A stretch of DNA of 64,000 nt from Candidatus Binatia bacterium. Its GTDB lineage: Bacteria; Desulfobacterota; Binatia; Bin18. Location of the stretch: the NCBI GenBank assembly GCA_963666315.2, contig CAXXHG010000043.1, positions 96,001 to 160,000 on the forward strand, written 5' to 3'. Made by a program: the position numbers and the translations under genes. Below the pieces are notes generated by a model. That model did no database searches, was not told the origin of the DNA, and worked only from the letters and a program-made list of their open reading frames with translations. Each line of letters opens with the position of its first letter. The stretch's first letter is position 1. Positions 18,945 to 28,282 of this stretch are shown here, one piece after another.

Positions 18945-19856
18945 ATGGCAAAAATAGAATTTGGTACGGCGTTGCCGAGCATGGACAATATTGCGCAATT
19001 TGCGCAGCGAGTAGAAAACTTAGGTTTTGACTATCTCGGCTGTGGGGAGCATGTCATGTTCCACGGGCCGGTGGGCAATACCTTTATCTCGCTGTCGGTC
19101 GCAGCCGGAGCAACGCAGAAAATCAAACTGCTCAGCTCTATCGTGCTGCTGCTGTATCCGGCCGCACTCGTGGCCAAGATGGGCGCAGCGCTCGATGTGG
19201 CTTCAAACGGACGCTATAATTTTGGGGTCGGTATCGGGGGAGAGTTTCCAAAAGAGTTCGAGGCCTGCGGGGTGCCGCTGAAGCAACGTGGCTCCCGGAC
19301 CAATGAAGCCCTTGAAGTCATTAATAGATTGTGGACGGAACAAAAAGTCTCTTTTGAGGGCAAATACACCACGCTGAACGAAGTCAGCATTGAGCCGGCA
19401 CCCATCCAAAAACCGCGTCCGCCGATTTGGGTCGCGGGCCGCAAGGAACCGGCCATGAAACGCACGGCCAAATACGCGGACGGCTGGCTGCCGTATATGT
19501 ACACGCCGGAACAACTGCACAAGAGTATTGAGAAAATTAAAAGTCAGCGCAAAGAGTACGGCCGGGATGCGGAATCTTTCATCCCGGGGATATTTATATT
19601 CACCGCAACACACGCCAATGGGGACACAGGCCGTGAGATGGCGGCAACTCGGCTCAGCAAGCAGTATGCCCAGGACTTTTCTAAGTTGATAGGGAAGTAT
19701 GCCTTAGCCGGCACCCCGGAAGAGTGCCGTAAGCGGATACAGCAATATATTGATGCTGGAGCGCAGACGGTGATCCTGCCCTCCGCCTGCCCAACGAACT
19801 ATATCGACGAGAATACGCGTCTTATCGGGGAAGAGATCATGCCGGCATTTCGGTAA
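18945..19856 (+). CDS. LLM-class (probably F420-dependent) oxidoreductase
   Basis: GFDYLGCGEHV, LDVASNGR, GVGIG...EFEACG, PPIWVAG. Confidence 0.88.
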   Translation: MAKIEFGTALPSMDNIAQFAQRVENLGFDYLGCGEHVMFHGPVGNTFISLSVAAGATQKIKLLSSIVLLLYPAALVAKMGAALDVASNGRYNFGVGIGGEFPKEFEACGVPLKQRGSRTNEALEVINRLWTEQKVSFEGKYTTLNEVSIEPAPIQKPRPPIWVAGRKEPAMKRTAKYADGWLPYMYTPEQLHKSIEKIKSQRKEYGRDAESFIPGIFIFTATHANGDTGREMAATRLSKQYAQDFSKLIGKYALAGTPEECRKRIQQYIDAGAQTVILPSACPTNYIDENTRLIGEEIMPAFR

Positions 19857-19865
19857 GCAGCGCCG

Positions 19866-20114
19866 TCACGCAGCCTTATACTCGTCGCGGCAGGCGGGGC
19901 TGCAAAAATACAGATCCTGCCCCCGGCGCGAGAGACGAAGCGCTTCGTGCTGGGGGATAAATCGGCCGCATTGGGGATCTTGCACCAGGGCGACGCTCAC
20001 CTGTCCCGGCTGGCCCGCCCGCTCACTATTCGGGAGAGAGGACGGCAGGAAGAAGCGGCGGATACCAGACGCGATCAGGTATCCCAGCCCAATGAAGAGC
20101 AGTAGGCGAAACAG
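19866..20114 (-). CDS. Membrane-anchored YHS/TRASH-type metal-binding protein, CTG start
   Basis: GGAGG-N6-CTG right after the hflC stop; MFRLLLFIGLGYLIASGIRRF...VQDPQCGRFIPQHEA...GQDLYFCSPACRDEY (82 aa). Confidence 0.75.
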   Translation of the reverse strand: MFRLLLFIGLGYLIASGIRRFFLPSSLPNSERAGQPGQVSVALVQDPQCGRFIPQHEALRLSRRGQDLYFCSPACRDEYKAA

Positions 20115-20126
20115 TCGGGTCCTCCG

Positions 20127-20996
20127 TTATTCGCTCATCCCTCGTGGAGTGCCCGGACTTTGCAAATAGCTCAGCAGCGCTGAGTCCGAACCGAGGACTA
20201 AGGTCGTATCCTGACTCAGGATTTTTTCATACGCCTGGAGTCGGCGGGTAAAGGCGTAGAATTCAGCATCCTTGCCGAAAGCGTTGGCATAAATACTGGT
20301 CGCCTTAGCGTCGCCCTCACCTTTGAGCTTTTCACCCGTCTCGTACGCGGTGGCCAGAATCACTTCACGTTCCCGGTTAGCTCCCGCTCGCAGCTCTTGC
20401 GCCTGCTCTTCCCCTTCCGCCCGGTAGCGCTTGGCAATACGTTCCCGCTCAGCCCGCATCCGGGCGAACACGCTGGACTGCACTTCGTCGGGCAGGTCGA
20501 GTCGTTTGATGCGGACATCGGTGACCATAATCCCAAAGTCCTTGGCCGTCGTACGCGTATCCTTGGTTACAATCGCCATGATCTCTTCACGATTCTCGCG
20601 GATCAGATCGAGGAAATTGTGCGTCGCAATCTCTTGTCGTAACCGGGCGGAAATAATGTCATCCAAGCGCGCCATTGCTCGTATTCGATCTCGCACGCTG
20701 CGGTAAAATTGGAGCGGATCTTCAATACGCCAGCGTGAGACATGGTCGACCAAGACGCGTTTCTTATCCAGCGTAATATATTCGGCCTCGCGCGCATCGG
20801 TGGTGAGTATGCGCTTCTCAAAACGCACCAGATTTTGGACACCGGGTAGCTTAAAATAGAGTCCGGGCTCTTGGATAATACGTTTGGGATCCCCAAACTG
20901 AACAACCATGCCTTGCTCCCACTCACCTATGGTGAAGGACGCCTGCGCAGCAACAAAGACGAGGATTAACCCCAGTCCAACCAGTAATCGTACCAT
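20127..20996 (-). CDS. hflC: FtsH protease modulator HflC
   Basis: EPGLYFKLP, DVRIKRLDLP, RMRAERERIA, GEGDA, EFYAFTRRLQAY. Confidence 0.93.
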   Translation of the reverse strand: MVRLLVGLGLILVFVAAQASFTIGEWEQGMVVQFGDPKRIIQEPGLYFKLPGVQNLVRFEKRILTTDAREAEYITLDKKRVLVDHVSRWRIEDPLQFYRSVRDRIRAMARLDDIISARLRQEIATHNFLDLIRENREEIMAIVTKDTRTTAKDFGIMVTDVRIKRLDLPDEVQSSVFARMRAERERIAKRYRAEGEEQAQELRAGANREREVILATAYETGEKLKGEGDAKATSIYANAFGKDAEFYAFTRRLQAYEKILSQDTTLVLGSDSALLSYLQSPGTPRGMSE

Positions 20997-20999
20997 CGC

Positions 21000-22064
21000 C
21001 TATCTCCCTTCCTGACCGACCACAGCCCCAGCTGCCGTCTCTCCCGCGCCCATGTCTCTGAGTGGCAGCAACGGCACCACCCCTCCAGCGTTTCGCGAGT
21101 CGAGAATAAATTTTTCCATATCAGGCATAATTCGCTCGATGCTCTCCAAATAGAGTCGATCCCGGGTAACGACCTTTGCCTTCTCATATTCAGCTAGAAC
21201 ATACAGAAATCGCTCCGCATCACCATTGGCCCGAATCACACGCTGGGCCTTATATGCCTCGGCTTCCTGAATCATTTGCGCGGCCTGACCCCGCGCCTTG
21301 GGCACTACGTCTTCCTGATAGCCTTGGGCCTCCTGTTTGAGCCGATCCCGGTCCTCTAAGGCGCGCACCACATCGTTGAAGGAGTCGCGCACAGCGGTGG
21401 GCGGATCAACCGCGAGCAAGCGCGCCTCGGTCACAATCAATCCTGTATCATAGGCAGTAAGCAAACTCTGGAGCGCTGCCTTGGCCTGCTCTTGGACATC
21501 CAGTCGGCCGGCCGTCATGGTGTAATCGATCGTGTTCCCGCCGACCGAACTGCGCAGCGCGACCTCTGCCGAAGAGTGCAATATTTTTTCCGGCTCATAC
21601 GCGCCAAACAGAAATTCGACCGGGTTTCCAACCCGATACTGGACGACAAGATTGACCTCGACAATGTTTTCGTCGCCGGTCAGCATCAGGGCTTCTTGCG
21701 GAATGGTGCGTGTGTTGCCCCGACCAGTCCGTCCGGTGGTTCCGGATGTACGGTAGCCGACTTGGACGCTGCGCACGCGCGCAATATCCACCGTAACATG
21801 CTTCTCAATCGGCCAGGGGAAATGAAAGCGCAGTCCAGGGCCCGTTTCCGCTACAACGGCTCCAAAACGCAGGACGATGCCACGCTCGCTAGGGCCAACA
21901 ACGTATATGCCGGAGCCGAGCCACAGCAGGGCTACCGCGCCAATGATCAGCCATACGCCCGCGCCTTTGGTAAAACGCTGCAGCGTCCGTTTCAGGTCCT
22001 CAAGGCCCTGGAGGAGTTCGTCACCCGGCGAGCCTCCGCCTTGATTTTGCCATCTGTCTGCCAT
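21000..22064 (-). CDS. hflK: FtsH protease modulator HflK
   Basis: GIVLRFG, PGLRFHFPWPIE, MLTGDENIV, PKARGQA, VTRDRLYLE. Confidence 0.93.
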   Translation of the reverse strand: MADRWQNQGGGSPGDELLQGLEDLKRTLQRFTKGAGVWLIIGAVALLWLGSGIYVVGPSERGIVLRFGAVVAETGPGLRFHFPWPIEKHVTVDIARVRSVQVGYRTSGTTGRTGRGNTRTIPQEALMLTGDENIVEVNLVVQYRVGNPVEFLFGAYEPEKILHSSAEVALRSSVGGNTIDYTMTAGRLDVQEQAKAALQSLLTAYDTGLIVTEARLLAVDPPTAVRDSFNDVVRALEDRDRLKQEAQGYQEDVVPKARGQAAQMIQEAEAYKAQRVIRANGDAERFLYVLAEYEKAKVVTRDRLYLESIERIMPDMEKFILDSRNAGGVVPLLPLRDMGAGETAAGAVVGQEGR

Positions 22065-22298
22065 GCTTGCCCTCCGTATCTCCTGCTGATGAGGTCGTGT
22101 GTCTAGGGCAGGAGGTAGTGTGAGATGTCTGAGAGAATATACACGCTAAGTCAAGACAAATCCCGAGAATCTGTTTCGTCTGGCGCCATCTTATACTGGA
22201 TGGGGGAGCAACACCAGAGACTCGGCGCGTAGACAAAGACCGGCTGAGAACGGTATGCTCGGCGTAGTTTGAGTGTACCCCGATAAAGGAGCTGCGTT

Positions 22299-23087
22299 AT
22301 GTCTGACACATTACTCCTGCACAAAGAGCCGCCTTTGGCCTGGATCGTCTTTAATAAGCCCGAGCGCCGCAATGCGGTTGATCTCGATATGTGGCTAACG
22401 CTCCCGAAGCTCGTTGCAGAGGTCGCCGAAGATGACACCTTGCGTGTTCTGCTACTTCGGGGAGCGGGTGAAGAAGCCTTCATCTCAGGTGCCGACATTT
22501 CACAGTTCGGGAAGATTCGCTCCGGACCAGACACCGCGCACGAATATGATCGGGCCGTAGACGGTGCACTGAAATCGCTCTCCACTCTCGAGAAACCGGT
22601 CGTCAGCATGATCCATGGCTTCTGCATGGGAGGTGGGTGCTCGGTCGCCGTCATGTGCGACCTGCGGCTGTGTGCGGATGACGCGCGTTTCAGTATCCCA
22701 GCCGCCCGTCTTGGTATTGCCTACCCACTTGAACGCGGAGTCGAGCGTCTGGTGCATATCGTCGGGGTCTCCAACGCGACCGAGATTCTCTTGACCGCCC
22801 GGGTGTACAAAGCGGAAGAGGCGGCGCATATGGGACTCGTCAATCGCGTCTTACCCAAAGCCGAGTTGGACTCGTATACCCGTGAGTATGCAATAAAATT
22901 GGCTGATAATGCCCCTCTCAGCGTGGCGGCGCATAAATTTTCCGTCCGGGAGAGTGCCAAAGCCGCAACGCTGCGCGATCTGGACAAGGTCAAAGCCTGG
23001 TCCACCCGCTGCTTTGGAAGTGCCGACTACCAGGAAGGCGTCAAGGCCTTTATGGAAAAACGTCGGCCTCGGTTTCAAGGCAAATAG
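22299..23087 (+). CDS. Enoyl-CoA hydratase/isomerase family protein
   Basis: AFISGADI, GFCMGGG, CDLR, PAARLG, DYQEGVKAFMEKRRP. Confidence 0.9.
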   Translation: MSDTLLLHKEPPLAWIVFNKPERRNAVDLDMWLTLPKLVAEVAEDDTLRVLLLRGAGEEAFISGADISQFGKIRSGPDTAHEYDRAVDGALKSLSTLEKPVVSMIHGFCMGGGCSVAVMCDLRLCADDARFSIPAARLGIAYPLERGVERLVHIVGVSNATEILLTARVYKAEEAAHMGLVNRVLPKAELDSYTREYAIKLADNAPLSVAAHKFSVRESAKAATLRDLDKVKAWSTRCFGSADYQEGVKAFMEKRRPRFQGK

Positions 23088-23105
23088 CGACAGTAGAGAG
23101 CACGC

Positions 23106-23131
23106 TTAAATTCTGTGCGCGCCAGCCGATG
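23106..23131 (+). promoter_or_regulatory. Putative sigma-28 (FliA) promoter
   Basis: TTAAA-N14-GCCGATG upstream of the PilZ gene. Confidence 0.45.
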
Positions 23132-23139
23132 AAACAGGC

Positions 23140-23712
23140 ATGGCGCAGCGTATATTAGAAAAAGCCGGGCAAACAGGGCGTTCTCGTCTAGCTTCTTCGG
23201 TCGCGGTCAAGACGGTCGCAGCGAATAAGCGCGAGTTCTTACGGACAGCGACGGCCATTACAGCAGAACTCCAGCCTGAGCAAGGAAACCCGTTGAGCGG
23301 CCAGGTGACAGACCTGAGCATGAAGGGGCTCCACTTTGCCTGCAACAAAAAAATACCGCTTGGATCCAGATGTCAGATTGACATTCTGCTGACTGGCTCA
23401 AAAACCCCTTCGCCTCTTTTGCCGATTTCACCCCAGGTTAAGATCAATGCTCAGATCACGCGCCAGACGGCTACCGGGATGGGGCTTGAGTTCACTGCCA
23501 TTGTCGGACAACAGAGTTTTGTCTTCCTGCAGCAGTTGTTACGGCATCTGTCACCCGACCGCGAGCGCATTAAAGCGGAAATTCAAGCCTCTTCGTGGGC
23601 GCATACAAAAGAGGACCAGCACTTCGAGTCCGCATTCTCTTCTTTTTCGACCACACAAACCGTCATCAAACGCCGTCGAGGGCGTCACCTGCCAGCCACA
23701 CATCAGCGCTGA
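23140..23712 (+). CDS. PilZ domain protein
   Basis: KREFLR and DLSMKG motifs; GMGLEF. Confidence 0.8.
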   Translation: MAQRILEKAGQTGRSRLASSVAVKTVAANKREFLRTATAITAELQPEQGNPLSGQVTDLSMKGLHFACNKKIPLGSRCQIDILLTGSKTPSPLLPISPQVKINAQITRQTATGMGLEFTAIVGQQSFVFLQQLLRHLSPDRERIKAEIQASSWAHTKEDQHFESAFSSFSTTQTVIKRRRGRHLPATHQR

Positions 23713-23749
23713 TCTTGCGCGCGCACGCCCTTTCTTCGCTGGGACGCCC

Positions 23750-23793
23750 GTCTGAATCCTGTCCGAGTCCTGTCTAAATCCTGTCTGAAGTCC
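23750..23793. repeat. Four degenerate 11-bp tandem units
   Basis: gtctgaatcct gtccgagtcct gtctaaatcct gtctgaagtcc. Confidence 0.75.
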
Positions 23794-23797
23794 GGCC

Positions 23798-23823
23798 ATA
23801 AGAAATTATCGTATCCGCCGATA
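23798..23823 (+). promoter_or_regulatory. Putative sigma-28 (FliA) promoter
   Basis: ATAAG-N14-GCCGATA upstream of the PilB/GspE gene. Confidence 0.5.
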
Positions 23824-23878
23824 CTCTCCCCGAGACCACTGTGTCTCGGCAAACAGGCACAGACGCCGGAGGAGAACT

Positions 23879-25813
23879 ATGCAAACACGCCGAAAAAGAT
23901 CAAAATCGGTGAGATCCTCGTCCAAGAGGGCTTGCTCACCCAAGAGCAGGTCGCCTTTGTTCTTGACCAACAAAAATATACCAAGAAAAAGCTCGGCGCG
24001 CTCTTAGTCGAACAGGAGGTTTTGACTGAAACCTCGCTCGTCAAAGCCCTCTACCAACAGGCCCAATCAACGAAACGAACAGCCAGTCGCTTGGACGAAC
24101 TCGTTACTACACAGCGCGTCAATCAAGAGGATCTCGATGCCGCCACCCTGGAGGCCAGAAAAACGCACCGGTCTGTCGAGTCTGTGCTTATTGAACACTA
24201 CGACGTCAGCAAGAAGGATATTGGAAAAGTGCTGAGCACCTTCCACAAGCTGCCTTTTTCTGGATTATAACGAACAAACGAAAATCGACCCCGCCCTTGT
24301 CGGTAAAGTCAACCTGAGTTACCTCATGGCGAATCATTGGATTCCCCTCACCGCCACCGCAGAGAGCGTCGATGTGTTAATCGACGATCCGCACTACTTC
24401 CAAAAATTGCAGGACATTCGGCACCTTTTCCCAGGCAAAGAGGTCCACTGCTTCGTTGGACTCCAGGAGGACATTCTCCGTTACATCAACGATTCCAAAC
24501 CCGGTGGCAACTCAGGTGACGCAGCAGCATCTCTTTCAAATATTCTGGGACAGTTAGAAGAAGAGGAAGGGCATCCTGTCGAAGAAGCGCTGGGGACCGT
24601 TGTCGATGAGAATGACAGCGCTATCGTGCGTCTCGTCAACCAGATCATCGCGGATGCATACGAAAAGGGCGCCTCGGACATTCATATCGAGCCCTACGGC
24701 GAGCAAAGAGACACGGTTGTCCGCTTCCGTATTGATGGCATCTGTCACCAATATCTCAAGGTCCCAGCCATCTACCGCCGTGCCCTGGTCTCTCGTATCA
24801 AGATTATGGCCCAGTTGGACATTGCCGAACGCCGTAAACCCCGAGACGGCAAAATGCGCTTTCGGGTGCGAAATCAGGATATTGAGCTGCGGGTTGTCAC
24901 TATGCCGACCGCAGGGACGGCCAATGAAGACATCGTCATGCGTATCCTGTCGGCCAGTAAACCCATGCCGCTCGAACAGCTCAAAATGTCGAAACGCAAT
25001 CTGCGCGAGTTTCAAAACGTACTGATAAAACCGTATCGGATGATTCTGTGTGTCGGCCCCACAGGCTCGGGCAAAACCACGACTCTGCACTCTGCTTTGG
25101 GACAGATTAATACGCCGGAGCGCAAGATCTGGACGGCAGAAGATCCGGTTGAAATTACTCAGTATGGCCTGCGCCAGGTCCAAGTCCGGCCTAAAATCGG
25201 CTTCGATTTCTCTGCCGCCATGCGGTCGTTCTTACGGGCGGACCCGGATGTCATCATGGTGGGTGAAATCCGCGATCAGGAAACAGCCGAGATTGCTATT
25301 GAGGCTTCACTCACCGGCCATTTAGTCTTGAGCACGCTACATACAAACAGCGCGGTTGAAACGGTCGTGCGCTTACTGGATATGGGCATGAATCCGTTCA
25401 ATTTTGCTGATGCGCTGCTCGGTATTCTGGCCCAACGCTTGGCACGCACGCTGTGCCAACAGTGTAAAGAATCATACCAGCCGACTCGGGAACAATTTGA
25501 GGCGTTAGCGCATGGCTACGGCGAAGCAGCCTTTGCCCAGCTCGGCATCTAGTATGACGAAAATTTCCGGCTGCAGCGCGGCACAGGCTGTGAACAGTGT
25601 TCCAACACCGGCTATCGTGGCCGTCTTGCTCTACATGAGTTCCTGGTTGCAACAGACACCATAAAATCCCTTATCCATGCCCAGGCCACCGTCAGGGAGA
25701 TGTTCCAGGCCGCCATCGAACAAGGGATGACAACGCTACTCCAGGACGGCATACACAAAATCCTGGAGGGTTGGACCGATTTCAAGCAAGTCCGCGCCGT
25801 CGCACTGAAATAA
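23879..25813 (+). pseudogene. GspE/PilB-type ATPase with MshEN-like N-terminus, disrupted
   Basis: KIGEILVQEGLLT, ASDIHIEP, GPTGSGKTT, EDPVE, LRADPD, STLHTN, GCEQCSNTGYRGR. ATG 23879 is out of frame, frameshift in the T-run near 24258, in-frame TAG at 25550. Confidence 0.88.
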
Positions 25814-25834
25814 CACCGGCAAAATACGATCAAT

Positions 25835-25860
25835 ACAAGATTTTTCTCCTGGGCCCGATA
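25835..25860 (+). promoter_or_regulatory. Putative sigma-28 (FliA) promoter
   Basis: ACAAG-N14-CCCGATA upstream of the HDOD gene. Confidence 0.4.
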
Positions 25861-25898
25861 ATAGCGGGTAGGACACATTGTTTGGGTGAGGATGCATT

Positions 25899-26732
25899 AT
25901 GCTGTCAGCAAATCTGGTCACGATCAGTGTGCTAACCCTGACTGGAGTCGGCGTCATATTCTTGGCTCGCCTGGCCATCCAATCGCGCTCCCAAACCGCT
26001 CAGCGCCGCCCACGTTCACACTCGGCGGCAAGCCGTTCAGCAGCTTCGCGGCCGTCTCAACGCCGAGCAACATCCTCGCCCGATACTGATACGACCGTCC
26101 TGCGCCGCACTGTTCAAGAAGACGAGCGGCGGGCGCAGACAACGGAGGAGCAATCAGCCCAAGCCGACGCACGGAAAAACGCGTCGCAAGAGCAAATTGC
26201 CCGCTACTTCCGGGAAGTTTCCGAACAATACAAGCTGCCGCCTCTCCCCAGCGTTGTCACCCAGGCGCTGGGAATGCTGCGTGACCTCAATGTCGATATC
26301 GTCAAGCTGTGCCGCGTCTTAGCAAACGACGCCGCCATGGTAGGACGGGTTCTCAGCCTCTCACACTCCGCCATCTATGGCTTACGGAATACTCCCAAGA
26401 CCATCAAAGAAGCCGTCCCCATCCTTGGTCAGAAGGCACTCCAACGCATCCTGTTGACTGCGGGCACCCAAACGTTATGCATCGGCCATACGGGCGCCTC
26501 GGCTGCATTATGGGATCATGCCATGGCCACCTCTCTGGCCGCTGAAGGGTTCGCGCGCAAGGTTCGCTTTCCTGACCCGGATCTCGCTTTTCTGGCGGGT
26601 CTCATGCACGACATCGGGCAAATGGTACTCCTCCTGAGTGACGCTGAGCGGTTTGGACGACTCCGAGACCAAGCCCGGCTTTATCCTCACGAAGGCATGG
26701 TCACAAGCTGGGATTTTATTGATTTTCTTTAA
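25899..26732 (+). CDS. HDOD domain protein, apparently C-terminally truncated
   Basis: LPPLPSVV, NDAAM..RVL, LWDHAM, AFLAGLMHDIG; ends before the usual H...G..L..W.LP helix. Confidence 0.8.
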   Translation: MLSANLVTISVLTLTGVGVIFLARLAIQSRSQTAQRRPRSHSAASRSAASRPSQRRATSSPDTDTTVLRRTVQEDERRAQTTEEQSAQADARKNASQEQIARYFREVSEQYKLPPLPSVVTQALGMLRDLNVDIVKLCRVLANDAAMVGRVLSLSHSAIYGLRNTPKTIKEAVPILGQKALQRILLTAGTQTLCIGHTGASAALWDHAMATSLAAEGFARKVRFPDPDLAFLAGLMHDIGQMVLLLSDAERFGRLRDQARLYPHEGMVTSWDFIDFL

Positions 26733-26734
26733 AA

Positions 26735-26759
26735 TGACTATATAGTCAGTCATATGACT
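26735..26759. promoter_or_regulatory. Palindromic operator candidate for the adjacent TetR
   Basis: Perfect TGACTATATAGTCA (26735-26748) plus AGTCATATGACT (26748-26759) overlapping the ATG. Confidence 0.6.
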
Positions 26760-27398
26760 AAAGATTCAGCCACTAGAAAGGAGGACGTGCTGCGCGAGTT
26801 CCGAGTGCGCGAAATTTTGGATGCCACGTGCCGGGTAGTCGCACAGCACGGATTTCAGGGAGCCACAGTCGAACGCGTCGCTGAAGAAGCGGAAATCGCC
26901 AAAGGCACCGTTTATCTGTACTTCCAGAATAAAGAGAGTCTCTTCACGGCTGCGGTCGAACAAGGGATTCAGAACTTTACCAGCCAGGTTCGCAGCCAAG
27001 TTGCCGAGGCACTCACTCCGCTTGAAAAAATCCAACGCCTGATTGAGACGAGTCTTGAGTTGAGCGATATTCATCGCGACTTTTTCAAAACCCTCCTGCT
27101 TGAGCGCAACTTCCTGGCTGCTTCTCCGCACCACCCGGAGGCCGCGCATATGCTCGACCTGTATCTTGCCCATATCCACTTCGTTGAAGAACTGATTCAA
27201 GACGGCGTCCGCGCCGGCGTCTTTCGTGCCCACAACGTGGAAGCCTCTGCTTTTGCTCTGAACGAGGCGATTCGTGGCTGTTTTCAACAACGGGCGCTGG
27301 GTCTGACTGCGCGTCCGGCGACTGAAGATGCCGGCATTTTGCTCGATATATTCTTTAACGGGGTGCTGAATCAAAACTATAAGGAGCCTGTGTCGTGA
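26754..27398 (+). CDS. TetR/AcrR family regulator
   Basis: EILDAT..V.AQHGF...TVERVAEEAEIAKGTVYLYFQNKESL. Confidence 0.92.
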   Translation: MTKDSATRKEDVLREFRVREILDATCRVVAQHGFQGATVERVAEEAEIAKGTVYLYFQNKESLFTAAVEQGIQNFTSQVRSQVAEALTPLEKIQRLIETSLELSDIHRDFFKTLLLERNFLAASPHHPEAAHMLDLYLAHIHFVEELIQDGVRAGVFRAHNVEASAFALNEAIRGCFQQRALGLTARPATEDAGILLDIFFNGVLNQNYKEPVS

Positions 27399-27720
27399 AA
27401 CGGTATGCATGTGTTATAAACCAAATCTTCATTCTCCTGGGCTTCTTCGTCATTTACCGGCTGTAATTGGTCCAGCTCGGAAGCCGCAGGCTCCACACAG
27501 ACTGAACTTGCTCCCCCAGCACTCTCTATCCAGATCGCAAAGCCGGTCTGGCGGACCATCCAGCGCACCGGCAGGGGTCAAGGCGCGCTCTTTGCCAAGG
27601 AGAGCGTGATTCTATCGAATAAGCAGGACGGGTATGTCAGCACGGTGCACGTCGACTTTGGCGACAAGGTCAAAAAAGGCCAACTCCTGGCTGAAATGGA
27701 ACGTGAGGAACTGGCTGCGG
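27395..27720 (+). pseudogene. Remnant of an RND efflux periplasmic adaptor
   Basis: Hand translation gives GALFAKESVILSNKQDGYVSTVHVDFGDKVKKGQLLAEM; interrupted upstream and truncated. Confidence 0.65.
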
Positions 27721-27742
27721 AACCGCTCATTCCTCAACGTCG

Positions 27743-28138
27743 TTACGCGTCTTGCTCGTTGGGAGACGGTTCCTTTGGATAGACACGCAGACTTTTCCAG
27801 TGGCGCAATAAGACTTTGCCCGGAGGGAAACCACGCGGTTTTGTCACATCTGAGACGCGACAGATATGGACTTCAGCCTTGCCCCGGCTACCGCGGGCCT
27901 TGGAGTACGAGGCAGCCAGCTGGGCAGCATGGCCCCGAACAATAGGCGGCAGGTCAGCGAGCTGATCGGGATTACGCACGACAACATGGCTGCCGGCAAA
28001 ATTGACAACGTGCAGCCAGAAATCTTGAGGGTCAGCAATAGAAAAAGTAAGCGTGTCATTTTCCGCGTCCCCCTTGCCAACCAAGATTTCAAACCCTTCA
28101 AAAGAGAGGATGCGGAATGCCAGGCCTTTGCTTGCCAT
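27743..28138 (-). CDS. Stand-alone NFACT RNA-binding domain (DUF814) protein
   Basis: ILVGKGDAEND.LTF..A...DFWLHV...GSHVV...AA.LAA.YSKA...KPRG.PPG.V. Confidence 0.85.
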   Translation of the reverse strand: MASKGLAFRILSFEGFEILVGKGDAENDTLTFSIADPQDFWLHVVNFAGSHVVVRNPDQLADLPPIVRGHAAQLAASYSKARGSRGKAEVHICRVSDVTKPRGFPPGKVLLRHWKSLRVYPKEPSPNEQDA

Positions 28139-28282
28139 GTTTTAGGATTGCGTCTTTTGCATAGTGATATGGTACACAACTTAGACAACGTATGACTGAT
28201 TTACAGTAGTACTGGTTTGGGGCTGACCCGAACAGGGCCATGATGAATAATTGCGGACACACAAAAGAAGGAGGGGCCTTCT

